Below are positions 1 through 9,895 of a DNA stretch of 64,000 nt, piece by piece. A model generated the notes under the pieces. The model made no database searches. It was not told where the DNA came from and worked only from the letters and a program-made list of their open reading frames with translations. The position numbers and the translations under genes are program-made. The stretch is from an uncultured archaeon (lineage in GTDB: Archaea > Asgardarchaeota > Lokiarchaeia > Sigyniarchaeales > SOKP01), in the NCBI GenBank assembly GCA_964525635.1, contig CAZGJX010000001.1:62344-126343 (forward strand), given 5' to 3'. Positions within the stretch are counted from its first letter, which is position 1; every line of letters begins with the position of its first letter.

Positions 1-930
1 AATAACAGACGATGATTCAATGCAGGGACAGTTAATGCTCTTACATCATCAGGAGTTACATAAGTTCTTCCTAAGATCGCAGCTCTTGCCTTAGAGCATT
101 TCATTAGTACTAAACTTGCTCTAGGACCACATCCTAATCCAATTTGAGGATGGTTTCTTGTTTTAAGAATTATATCTCTAATATATTTTAGAATTCTCTC
201 ATCGATATATACTTGATTTACCAAATTCTGAGCAGCAAGTATTTCTGGTCCACTAGTGATACGTTGGACAGTTGGTGAGTCTCCAGACAATTGTCGTCTC
301 ATGATTTCAACTTCTTCATCATGTTCTGGATAATCCAGCCATAATTTAAACAAAAATCTATCAACCTGAGCTTCAGGTAATGGATAAGTCCCTTCCATCT
401 CTACAGGATTCTCTGTTGCTATTACCATAAATGGTTTTTCGAGTTCCAAGGTTTGACCTTCTATTGTAATTTGCCGTTCAGCCATGGCTTCAAGGAGTGC
501 TGCTTGTGTTTTAGGAGCACTTCTATTAATTTCATCCGCTAATACGATGTTTGCAAATAAAGGTCCTTTTTGAAGCACGAATGTTCCTTCTTCTTGTGAG
601 AATATTTTTGTACCGGTAATATCTGCCGGAAGAAGATCTGGTGTGAATTGTACTCGTTTAAAACTTACACCTAAAGTATTTGCAAATGTTTTAGCCATTA
701 CTGTTTTACCTAGTCCCGGAACGCCTTTTAACCAAATAATTCGAATTGAATTAAATTTCTAGTAAGACGTGTCCGTTGACAAGTAAGGATACAAATAATT
801 GCTGAAGAATTTCTCCACATCCCACAATAACTCTACTTACCTCTGAGAGTACCTCCTGAGCAATTTCTCTTATGGGGGTAATATCTAACTCGCTATGAGA
901 AGCTGTTTTTATTTTACTTGGTGTTGACAT
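1..930 (-). CDS. moxR: MoxR-family AAA+ ATPase, split by a 31-nt intron-like insert; exon 1 = 930..759, exon 2 = 727..1 (runs off the window)
   Basis: Manual translation. ATG at 930 gives MSTPSKIK...[25 protein letters not shown]. After removing 31 nt it continues [15 protein letters not shown]...[15 protein letters not shown]...[32 protein letters not shown]...[22 protein letters not shown]...YVTPDDV, with no further stops. These are canonical MoxR motifs. Absent from the ORF track. Confidence 0.95.
728..758 (-). other. Putative bulge-helix-bulge (BHB) mRNA intron, 31 nt (AAAUUUAAUUCAAUUCGAAUUAUUUGGUUAA)
   Basis: Contains an in-frame UAA and shifts the frame; excision restores CTA GAA GGC GTT. 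Exon-exon helix ACGUCU/AGGCGU, central helix UACU/GGUU (one U-U), 3-nt bulges AG|A and AA|A, internal hairpin UAAUUC/GAAUUA. Confidence 0.8.
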
Positions 931-1012
931 ATTTTTTTATACCTTCCTTTTTTTATTTTTAATTTTTATATTATTTTTTTAATAAATTATTCATTTATAA
1001 CTAGATTTTAAA

Positions 1013-2782
1013 TTACATATTGTTTACAACCCATTCCATTTCAAAGAATAGGTCTTCAAATTCTATTTCATTTTTAATTTTTAATTTTCCTACTTTTAAA
1101 TTTAACATATTATCAATAAAACGTGATATTCTCTTTACTTTATTCCTTGTGATATTTGGATCTTTTCGTTGAACCAAATCAATTACGTTTTTTGTAGTTA
1201 TTTTCATATCTCCTAATTGAGCATGTAATTTTCTATCCAATCTTCGATTAAGTAAAGTGAGTGCTTTATTAAATTGTCTCTTTTCATGATACCACTCTAT
1301 TTTTTTTGCAAAAAATGATGAGGTTCTAAATCTCATTTTTTCCTCTTTTTTTTCTTCTTTTTCTATTTTCTTTTTCTCAGCTTTCTTTCCTTTTTTAGGT
1401 AGATACCTTCTTAAAGAATAAATAGCAAGTAAAGGATAAATCCAGGCCGTAATTGGATTTGTACTTAGATGTATAACATATTGTAATACAATTCCATAAA
1501 TTCCAGCGGAACTTAAATCTCTTGATTGTTCAGGGCGAATATGTGCTTCATCAAAAGCTATAACCCAATCATCTGGACCTTCATTATATGTAAGCCACTC
1601 TATTACATTCATTGCTAATTGTTTATTATCATAACCACCTCGATCAATTAGCTCATTATTCCATAAACTTGCATCAGAAGAAACAAATATACGCGATTTA
1701 GTTGTCTCTTTTGCTAGGAAAACGGCAGGTGTAATTGGGTAACCTAATGGAATCTTCAATAAATCGGGATCAACATCACCAAGAAATGAAGACATAAAAG
1801 ATAAATCTATAAAATCATCATTAAAATCATATTTTTTATCCCCATTTTTATCAACAAAACTATATTTTCCACTTGCTTCACCGACTAATTTCCATCCAAA
1901 AGCAGAAATTAAAGGATCTCCTACTGCTGCTGATGCTTTTGAAAGAATAACTTGATTAACATTATCAGTTAGGCCTTGATAATTATACAATTGAGTTATT
2001 TTTGGAAATTCGGGAGTTGTGTCATATGATTCATTATCTCTTAAATATCCTCTTGGAAATAAAGTCACTGGAACTAAATCAACCGGATCTGCTCCTTCAT
2101 GCAATAAACTTAAAGCACTTGCTATAAATATTTGCCATAATAATTCTGAAGTAGAACCATGATCATGACAAATCAAAATAGAATTACGACCCTGTAAAAA
2201 TTCAACAAAGTATGGAATTTCAAAAATGGGATTATAGAAAGAATTGGGGCCCATAAGTATCAATAGTATAGATTTATTTAACCTCTCTGTTGCACTTAAA
2301 CTTGTCTGTATTGACATTACGTCATACTCATAGTCATTATATCCAGGTTCTCCATCTTCTAAAAGTTCTCTAAATTCTGAACATCCATTCCAACGATTGT
2401 TATATATTGAAAAATTATGATCATTTATCCCTTTATCAATGACAGGTCCGAGGAGGGGAACAAAAGAAAATCCAAAAATTATGATGAATAATGCATTTTT
2501 ATATAGAGATCCTTGTGATTTACCTCTGGACTTCAATTCACGTGATTTTTGAGTTCTAACGTTCCTAATAAAAATGATGAGACCTATAAATGAAAAAATA
2601 GAGCCTAAATAACATACAAAAGGGATATAAGTTATAACAACAGGTAATTGTCCGGGATTTACCCTCTGAAGATAAATAATAAAATCTTCAAGAAAGAGAC
2701 CAACTACAATTAAATAAATTATAAAAAATGTATAAAGAATTCCTTTTGAGACTTTTACACTTTTTTTATTTGTATAACTCAT
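1013..2782 (-). CDS. DUF4350-like membrane protein of MoxR clusters
   Basis: N-terminal TM helices, FSIYNNRWNGCSEF, SRIFVSSDASLWNNELI...N..LA.N..EWL and IAFDEAH motifs; adjacent to moxR. Confidence 0.75.
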   Translation of the reverse strand: MSYTNKKSVKVSKGILYTFFIIYLIVVGLFLEDFIIYLQRVNPGQLPVVITYIPFVCYLGSIFSFIGLIIFIRNVRTQKSRELKSRGKSQGSLYKNALFIIIFGFSFVPLLGPVIDKGINDHNFSIYNNRWNGCSEFRELLEDGEPGYNDYEYDVMSIQTSLSATERLNKSILLILMGPNSFYNPIFEIPYFVEFLQGRNSILICHDHGSTSELLWQIFIASALSLLHEGADPVDLVPVTLFPRGYLRDNESYDTTPEFPKITQLYNYQGLTDNVNQVILSKASAAVGDPLISAFGWKLVGEASGKYSFVDKNGDKKYDFNDDFIDLSFMSSFLGDVDPDLLKIPLGYPITPAVFLAKETTKSRIFVSSDASLWNNELIDRGGYDNKQLAMNVIEWLTYNEGPDDWVIAFDEAHIRPEQSRDLSSAGIYGIVLQYVIHLSTNPITAWIYPLLAIYSLRRYLPKKGKKAEKKKIEKEEKKEEKMRFRTSSFFAKKIEWYHEKRQFNKALTLLNRRLDRKLHAQLGDMKITTKNVIDLVQRKDPNITRNKVKRISRFIDNMLNLKVGKLKIKNEIEFEDLFFEMEWVVNNM

Positions 2783-2866
2783 ATTTATCTATACCAATCT
2801 TTTATTATTCTTCTTAAATTTATAATAATTATTTTAAAATTGTGGAATACTTGATATTTTTCCAAT

Positions 2867-3232
2867 TTATAGATTAAAACCAAAATTCTTACCAGTAATT
2901 TCATTATATAAATTAGAAAACATCGTTAATGTAAATTTGAACTCATTTTGTGTTGGTTCTAATCCACCATAAATTATATCTTCTATTTTTTTTATGAAAG
3001 GATAAACGGATTCAGGTTTCTGACCTAATTCATTCACACATGTAATTGCATATTCTCTTATTGTTTGATAGGCCATTCTTGGTTTTTCATATTTATTTTT
3101 AATAAGATCATTGTAGATAAGATATATATAAGCAATAGCTTCTTTTGCTCTACCACTTTTCATAAGAACATTGAGATTTTCTTTCTTTCTATCAACATTT
3201 ATAAATTCTTCTTGATGTTTTGTACGAGCCAT
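2867..3232 (-). CDS. Stand-alone DUF4129-like helical domain protein
   Basis: QTIREYA...IEDIIYGG motif; visibly paralogous to the C-terminus of 3353..4957. Confidence 0.7.
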   Translation of the reverse strand: MARTKHQEEFINVDRKKENLNVLMKSGRAKEAIAYIYLIYNDLIKNKYEKPRMAYQTIREYAITCVNELGQKPESVYPFIKKIEDIIYGGLEPTQNEFKFTLTMFSNLYNEITGKNFGFNL

Positions 3233-3352
3233 TTTTTCACACTCACTATTCTATTTTTAATTTTTTTTTTTTTTTATTCTTTTTTATAGTTTACTTATTT
3301 CATAATGGTAAAATTACTTTTTATATGTTTATAATAATAACATAAAACTCCT

Positions 3353-4957
3353 TTAAAAGTTTAAAATAAAATTATATCCAGTTAATTGATGATAAATTGG
3401 TGAAAATAAATTAACAGTATCATAAAATTCTTTATCAGTTACTTGAAATGGACGAGCATAAATTATTTGTTCTACTTTTTGAATGAAAGGATATATTTTT
3501 GTTGGATCTAACTTAAAATCTTTAACAGAAATAATCGCAAAATCCCTAATAGTTTCATTTTCTTTTCGAATTCTTCCATACTTTGCTCCCACCAAATCTA
3601 TATAAATTGCATTAAATAAATATGAAAGTGATTCTTCTATTCTGTTAGAATCCTTTAATATTTTAAGATTTTGAATCTTTGATTCAAGAGGTATTTTTAC
3701 TGTCTGAAAAGTTGATAATTTTGTTTTATATTTTTTATAAATAAATATACTTACCACTGTGACACTTCCAATGATAATAGGAACTCCAATTATGAAAAAT
3801 AATTGTAGTGGAGTTAATGGGATTTCAGGAGGAGGTGGAGGTATATATGGTAAAACTTCAATATCGATAGAACTATCAAAGTCATAAACACTACTATACT
3901 CAACTAGAGAAATCCTCACAGTTTTATTATCTGATCCACTTGGAATTGTAAAACTATAAGAAAACCAACCAGTTCCATCTGTTTCAAAAGTATCTGTAAA
4001 ATCATCGACGAGGAGTGTTCCAAATCTAATTGAAAAATGACGATTATTAAGATAACGGGAATCATCATATAGATCGACTATATAACCTCCGATTGTTATT
4101 TGATCTCCTTCAGTTACTGATGATGGATATATATCCCATAAACAATCTAAATCTGTAAAAATTTCTATGTTAGGTATTATAGTATTTGAAGGTTCTGCAA
4201 TATTCGGTATTCTTACCATAGTTATATTCAAATTAATGCTTTCAGGAGATGCATCAGTAGGAACAGAGAAATCAACTGCATTAATATCCCCCTCTATATC
4301 TGTGTATATGGTATTTTCAGACCAAGTATCTGAAATAGAATACCAATTATACTTTAATTCTGCACTGGGAATAGGATCATTATTTTGCAATAATATATTT
4401 CCCGAAAAATCTGTATTTATTAATATTTCTCCAGCTAAATAGGGTAAACTCCCTTTTGTAATATTAATGGTGGATGTTGAATTTATATCTATAGTATAAC
4501 TATTATATAGATAAATTTCTAATGCAGGAACATCAACCTCAATTGTATGAGATAGATATACATCTAAAGATGTTTCTATTGTATAGGTAATAGTAAATTC
4601 GCCAAATGCGTTTGTAATATTATTAAATGATGGTTTATTTGTACCATCAATTGTTAAAATAACGGTTACATCTTCTAAGGGGTCTGGAAAAGGTAGTTCA
4701 TCAATTACTGTTCCAGTTATATCAATTGATGAACCAATGATAAACATTCTTCCATCAATTTCATTAGCATTCGTTAAATTCACTGAAGCGTCAATAGCAG
4801 AGATATTTAAATTATCGGTATTTTCTCTATTATCATCCCTTTCATTGTTTATTTTAAAAGATGGATTTACATAATAAAATGATAAAACTATAAATAATAC
4901 AGAAATTAATATAAAAAAAATCAATACGTTATTTTTAAGGTTTTTTTTTGTTTTCAT
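3353..4957 (-). CDS. Membrane-anchored protein with Ig-like beta domains, Pro linker, TM helix and C-terminal DUF4129-like domain
   Basis: N-terminal TM, beta-rich repeats (T-x-x-x-G-x-F), PPPPP linker, TM, then ENETIRDFA...VEQIIYA. Confidence 0.7.
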   Translation of the reverse strand: MKTKKNLKNNVLIFFILISVLFIVLSFYYVNPSFKINNERDDNRENTDNLNISAIDASVNLTNANEIDGRMFIIGSSIDITGTVIDELPFPDPLEDVTVILTIDGTNKPSFNNITNAFGEFTITYTIETSLDVYLSHTIEVDVPALEIYLYNSYTIDINSTSTINITKGSLPYLAGEILINTDFSGNILLQNNDPIPSAELKYNWYSISDTWSENTIYTDIEGDINAVDFSVPTDASPESINLNITMVRIPNIAEPSNTIIPNIEIFTDLDCLWDIYPSSVTEGDQITIGGYIVDLYDDSRYLNNRHFSIRFGTLLVDDFTDTFETDGTGWFSYSFTIPSGSDNKTVRISLVEYSSVYDFDSSIDIEVLPYIPPPPPEIPLTPLQLFFIIGVPIIIGSVTVVSIFIYKKYKTKLSTFQTVKIPLESKIQNLKILKDSNRIEESLSYLFNAIYIDLVGAKYGRIRKENETIRDFAIISVKDFKLDPTKIYPFIQKVEQIIYARPFQVTDKEFYDTVNLFSPIYHQLTGYNFILNF

Positions 4958-4983
4958 AAAAATCTCCTTGATAAAATATGATA

Positions 4984-7900
4984 TTAAGTTTGGTGTTGTA
5001 GTTCTCTATTTGATTCTTCAATATAACCCGCTTCTGGATATGAATAAGTATCATTTGGATAGAAATACACTGTAATTGTAGTTGTGGGTTCATTCCAATT
5101 ATCAGTAACAAGGAATGAATATGTAAAATCTCCTTGTGAATCAGTTAAAACAACAGTACTGTTTAGGATTCCTAAAACACTATCATAGACAATTATTTGA
5201 ACATACACATTTGTTATTCCTGTGCTATTATCCCAACTTAAAGTACCAAAAACATTACACATATCTCCAGTATACCAATCGGGAATAAAAGTTCTATTAT
5301 AAAATCCACTGATGGATGTATCAGCGGTTATATTAATAAATGTAAAACTACTCTCAAAATTTACCATATAAGGGCCTTCACTTAGGGAGATTGAACATCC
5401 TAAAAAAGGATCTGAATGCAATATTGCTCCTTTAAAGTCTATTCTAATCTTGTATTCTCCTTGAGCTAAGGTTTGATCAATATAAAGATTATTAAATTGA
5501 AACTCTCCATTGATATCTGTTCTAAGATATCGATTAGAGGTTATTATGTATGCTGATACATCTTGATTGAAGGAATCAAAAAGATTTATACTAACTTCCA
5601 CTCCTCTGAGATCCCCATAAATATCAAATACTGTTCCTGAAACTGAGAAACTTTCACTATCTCTTATGATACTTTCAGAAGCAGGAGCTAAAGGATTTAT
5701 ATCTATTGATGCACTTTCATTTATAATAATATAGGTAAGATTATATTTGTTGAAACCACCCCAACTTACTGTAATCAGGTGAATTCCTGCTTTCCAGTTC
5801 CCTGTACCTACTACAATATTACAATATCCATCTGGTATCTCAGAACCCGTATAAGTATAACTTCCTATTTCAGCACCATTCTGATCTTCATCATAGAATC
5901 TTACAGTACCACTGTCTACTCCAGTACCATACTGACTAACCCAAACTTCAAAAGAAATAGAATCTCCACGATTATATTGATTTGGTAAATTAAAATCATC
6001 ATAATTATAAGTATCGATTGCTGGAATTCCATCAATTTCAAATAGGATTTCTATGTTAGAGGGATCCATAACTTCCAAATCACTCGTAGTATCTGCTGCC
6101 GCATTGAAGTTTGGATGTCCTATGAAATTAAAATCAGGTTCAGCACCAGGATAGGTAAAATAACCATCAAATCTCACCTCAATTCTATAAAAACCTTCAG
6201 GTGTTATTGATGAAACCCTATGTTGAATATTAAAATATCCCGTATCGTCTGTTCGTAGAGTACTAGGAGCACTTCTTAGAATGAGATATGAAGATACCTC
6301 TGTGGGACCATCATACATATGAACTGTAAGATCAGCATTTTTTATTGGATTAGAAAAACTATCTCTTAAATATCCACTTATATTGAAAAGATATGTTCCA
6401 TCATAATCTGGAGTATTATCAATTTGAAAAGGCATAGGAGAATGATTAAGAACACTAAATGCCATTGAATCATTTAAAATATAATATGAACTATTTACAT
6501 TGCTAGTTCCTAACCTTGCATATAATTTATTTGGTCCAGCAGGGATGCTATTATTTACAGTATAATAGTATATCGCTTCACCATTTACATCTGTATCATC
6601 TCCACCAAGTAAGTTGAAATTAGAATCAAAGAATCCAATGGACTTATTAGGTACGGGTAATCCTAATTCATCCCGGACGATTGCTTTTAATTCCAGAGTA
6701 GATGATCGGGCGATTTCTGGTGAAGTTACATCACCTGCTTCAAAATCATTGATATAAAAAGATAAAGAATATACTTCTGGTTTGGTTATATTTATCTCTA
6801 TACTATCAGTATCATTCACAAGATTTTCAATACCATATAACCAAATTCCATTGAAAGATGCTTCGATTTCATATACTCCACTGGGAGTTACCCCCATATT
6901 AATGGTTATTATTTCCTTAATAAATTCTCCTGTTGAACCCGTAGTAATAAGACCATAGCTAAGTGCCCCTGGCACTAGCAGATGTGTGTATTTTGTATAT
7001 AGTTGAAATGTAACTACTCCAAATCTTCCCTTCTTGCTACTATTTAGAGGATCTGTTAGATCTCCTGATATTTCTATAGTTGGAGGATTACCTGGATAAT
7101 TTACTGTAGAGGGATTTACACTATTTAAATTAAGATAAAGATCATTATCGGGATCAGAAAAACTTCCTAAAACGCTATAAGTAACATTATCAATGGTTTT
7201 ACCATATGAAGCAACTATTTGGTGAAGCCCTGCGGTTTGACTATCATCAATACTTACGTATGCGGATGCTACACCATTCACATCAGTCTCAACAGGATCA
7301 GTCCCAATAAAGTTATCCATATAAGCATCATAAAAGAGAATTGGTCTACCAGAAATGGATTGATTTGATGATGATGTTAGAATAGCAGTTAGATTTGCTA
7401 CATGACCTACATTTCTATGCCCAGAAGAGAAGTTTGAAACTAAGGTAAGATCATAATCACCCGAAGATGCAAATGGATCGACATTACCACATACATCTAC
7501 TTGAATCCATTCTCCTGTTCCATCTATATCTGTTGGAATGAAGACTTCTGCCCAATTATACATATTCTTATACTTTATTGGTATATAATCACCTGTTCCA
7601 TCTGTTTCTTCAGCAATATAGCGACTATTAAATCCATCTACAAATCGACTGGGAATTCCAAAAACCCTTGCAAATACACAAAAAGTAGTAGCAAAATCTG
7701 ACCAAACCCCTTCTTCATTTTCACAGAACCAATAAGCTATATCTTCACCATCCTCAGGAGGATCAGCACTCATAGCATTAAATCCAAAATTAAAGTTATT
7801 TTGAAGATATGATTGAATTGTTAAGGCAATAGTAGCAGCATTATCAGTTGAGTTATCGATTAATGCATTTAATGCATTATAATGTAATTCAAAGTCTCCA

Positions 7901-8763
7901 TTGCGTTGTCTATATGTTACTCGATCTGTAGGTAATTGACCGTAGTCGTCATCCATAGATTGATTTATATGTTCCGCATTAACAGCACTTCCAAGAACAT
8001 CTGTCAAATCCTTAATTGAGCTTTCTAACATAGAATAAGTTATACTAAAATTATTTGTTGAAAGAATATCTACGGATAATGTAGCTGAGTTTAATTCATT
8101 TTTCTTCAATTGAGTTGCACTAGGATTGATATTTCCTAAAGGATCACTAACAACTGAATCGTAAATAATTGGAGTTGGAAATAAGGTAGGAATTGCAAAT
8201 GATGTAGGACCGGTTTGAGAAGGGGACATAGGCATAGAAACTTTCAGTTCATTTGAAGGATAAGGTTGAAAGCCAGGTTCATAACTATGACTTTCAAGAG
8301 AATAGGAACAGTCCCATGAACTTTCTAAAAATTGATCATAACATCCAAATTTCCATAAATTATCAGAAAGTCCCACTACACTTGCATAATCATATAGTCT
8401 GAACACTTCTATTTCTGAGAAAAAAAGTCCTGCAAGTAAAGCAGCGAGGGCAGCCAAGTCCAAATCGTCAAAATCTGCATCCAATAAATCTAATAAATCC
8501 TGTGGATCTAAACCTAATGCATCAAATAAATCTAGTAAATCTTCAATGTCCCAAGGGAAAGGGGGATCCGTAAGAATAGGGGTTTCAGGTTCTGTTCCCT
8601 CTAGTTGTTTATTAGGATTTAAACGCGGGGAACCAAAAAACCAGCTAAAAATTACAACAGAATAAGCAAATAATGCTACTAAAATAACACAAACGAGTGC
8701 TAAAGTAATAATTCTTTTTTTTGTAACTCTTGGACCAAGAAGTTCTTCATGTAATCCAGACAT
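4984..8763 (-). CDS. Large exported transglutaminase-like (TgpA-type) domain protein with Ig-like repeats; catalytic residues degenerate
   Basis: N-terminal TM; EGVWSDFATTFCVFARVFGIPSRFVDGF and NMYNWAEVFIP...GEWIQVD match the transglutaminase-like core; repeated TDxNGxA/F beta motifs. Confidence 0.8.
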   Translation of the reverse strand: MSGLHEELLGPRVTKKRIITLALVCVILVALFAYSVVIFSWFFGSPRLNPNKQLEGTEPETPILTDPPFPWDIEDLLDLFDALGLDPQDLLDLLDADFDDLDLAALAALLAGLFFSEIEVFRLYDYASVVGLSDNLWKFGCYDQFLESSWDCSYSLESHSYEPGFQPYPSNELKVSMPMSPSQTGPTSFAIPTLFPTPIIYDSVVSDPLGNINPSATQLKKNELNSATLSVDILSTNNFSITYSMLESSIKDLTDVLGSAVNAEHINQSMDDDYGQLPTDRVTYRQRNGDFELHYNALNALIDNSTDNAATIALTIQSYLQNNFNFGFNAMSADPPEDGEDIAYWFCENEEGVWSDFATTFCVFARVFGIPSRFVDGFNSRYIAEETDGTGDYIPIKYKNMYNWAEVFIPTDIDGTGEWIQVDVCGNVDPFASSGDYDLTLVSNFSSGHRNVGHVANLTAILTSSSNQSISGRPILFYDAYMDNFIGTDPVETDVNGVASAYVSIDDSQTAGLHQIVASYGKTIDNVTYSVLGSFSDPDNDLYLNLNSVNPSTVNYPGNPPTIEISGDLTDPLNSSKKGRFGVVTFQLYTKYTHLLVPGALSYGLITTGSTGEFIKEIITINMGVTPSGVYEIEASFNGIWLYGIENLVNDTDSIEINITKPEVYSLSFYINDFEAGDVTSPEIARSSTLELKAIVRDELGLPVPNKSIGFFDSNFNLLGGDDTDVNGEAIYYYTVNNSIPAGPNKLYARLGTSNVNSSYYILNDSMAFSVLNHSPMPFQIDNTPDYDGTYLFNISGYLRDSFSNPIKNADLTVHMYDGPTEVSSYLILRSAPSTLRTDDTGYFNIQHRVSSITPEGFYRIEVRFDGYFTYPGAEPDFNFIGHPNFNAAADTTSDLEVMDPSNIEILFEIDGIPAIDTYNYDDFNLPNQYNRGDSISFEVWVSQYGTGVDSGTVRFYDEDQNGAEIGSYTYTGSEIPDGYCNIVVGTGNWKAGIHLITVSWGGFNKYNLTYIIINESASIDINPLAPASESIIRDSESFSVSGTVFDIYGDLRGVEVSINLFDSFNQDVSAYIITSNRYLRTDINGEFQFNNLYIDQTLAQGEYKIRIDFKGAILHSDPFLGCSISLSEGPYMVNFESSFTFINITADTSISGFYNRTFIPDWYTGDMCNVFGTLSWDNSTGITNVYVQIIVYDSVLGILNSTVVLTDSQGDFTYSFLVTDNWNEPTTTITVYFYPNDTYSYPEAGYIEESNRELQHQT

Positions 8764-8992
8764 AAAAAATTTTACTCAATAAGCCTAAATATTTAGAATA
8801 TAATCTAAATCATAATATAAATAATTTTCTAAGTTTCTAAAAATTCTGATTGAAAGAACATAACTATATTGGTTATATGTGATCTAAATTTAAATGTTCA
8901 AGGATTATATAAAAAAATCCTATAAAATAATACTTTCTTAATTAAAGAATATATTATCCACTCCATTAAAAAAGGAAAATAAATAAAAGATT

Positions 8993-9790
8993 TTAGAATT
9001 CAAATCCACATTTAGTACAAATATTTTTTTTAGCGTAAGTTGGTTTAGGAATATAACTTATAATTCTGGTTTTATCCTCAACCTCTTTTATAGCAGGACC
9101 TGATGCTGCGCAATTTGGACATATTTTTCTTTTTGTATCAAATGTACTCGTTTCGATTGGAGCACTTGATATTGTACCATACGAGGATTGTTGTTCTGAC
9201 GTTCCTTGACCCAAACTTGAGGCCATAACGGCTTTAGGTTCTTTTAATTCTTCAATGCGTTTATTTTTATAGGATAGTTCTTGTTGTAGACCAGTTAATT
9301 GAGATTGTAAGGGTCCTATTTGTTGTTGAAGTGTCATATTTTCTTGTTCTATTTGTTGGACTTTTGTTTGTAATGTCCCTTTTTCTTGATTTATTTGGGC
9401 AATTTTACCCTCATATCCCTGAAGTTGGGCTTGAAAATTACTTACATTACCTCTTAATTGTCGAAGTTCTTTATCTTTTTCAAGAAGTATTCCATTTAAT
9501 TCATTAACTTGTCTCCTAAGAGAAGCAATCTCATCTTGGGAAGCTATAGAAGGTTGAGGTGGAGGTGAAATTCCTTGATCTTGTTGTGAATACATACTTG
9601 AGGGGGGAGTGGGGGGTGTTATTGGTAACGAAGATGGAGGTATTGGGGGGCCTTGTCTTGGAGGAGGGGGAATCATTGGAGGATGAATGCTTGGTGGAGG
9701 TATATTAGGAGGGGGCGGAATAGAAGGTCGTTCAAGACCTCTCCTTTGAGCTTCTTTCTTTTTTTGTTCATCATCATTCTGATACGACAT
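8993..9790 (-). CDS. Proline-rich / coiled-coil / C-terminal zinc-ribbon protein
   Basis: Poly-Pro N-terminus, Q/L heptad region, CPNC...CTKC. Confidence 0.75.
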   Translation of the reverse strand: MSYQNDDEQKKKEAQRRGLERPSIPPPPNIPPPSIHPPMIPPPPRQGPPIPPSSLPITPPTPPSSMYSQQDQGISPPPQPSIASQDEIASLRRQVNELNGILLEKDKELRQLRGNVSNFQAQLQGYEGKIAQINQEKGTLQTKVQQIEQENMTLQQQIGPLQSQLTGLQQELSYKNKRIEELKEPKAVMASSLGQGTSEQQSSYGTISSAPIETSTFDTKRKICPNCAASGPAIKEVEDKTRIISYIPKPTYAKKNICTKCGFEF

Positions 9791-9895
9791 AATATATCAA
9801 TTTAAAATAATTAGTAATTATATTTGATTAAACATAATAAATAAATTCGAACATATATATAAAATTATAGCAAAAAAAAGATTGAACGAATAAAT

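Noticed and set aside
726-758. moxR insert as a simple frameshift pseudogene, tandem duplication or MITE
   Set aside because: It is not a copy of the flanks, has no terminal inverted repeats or clear target duplication, there are no other lesions in the gene, and it pairs specifically with the exon sequence. An assembly artefact cannot be fully excluded without reads.
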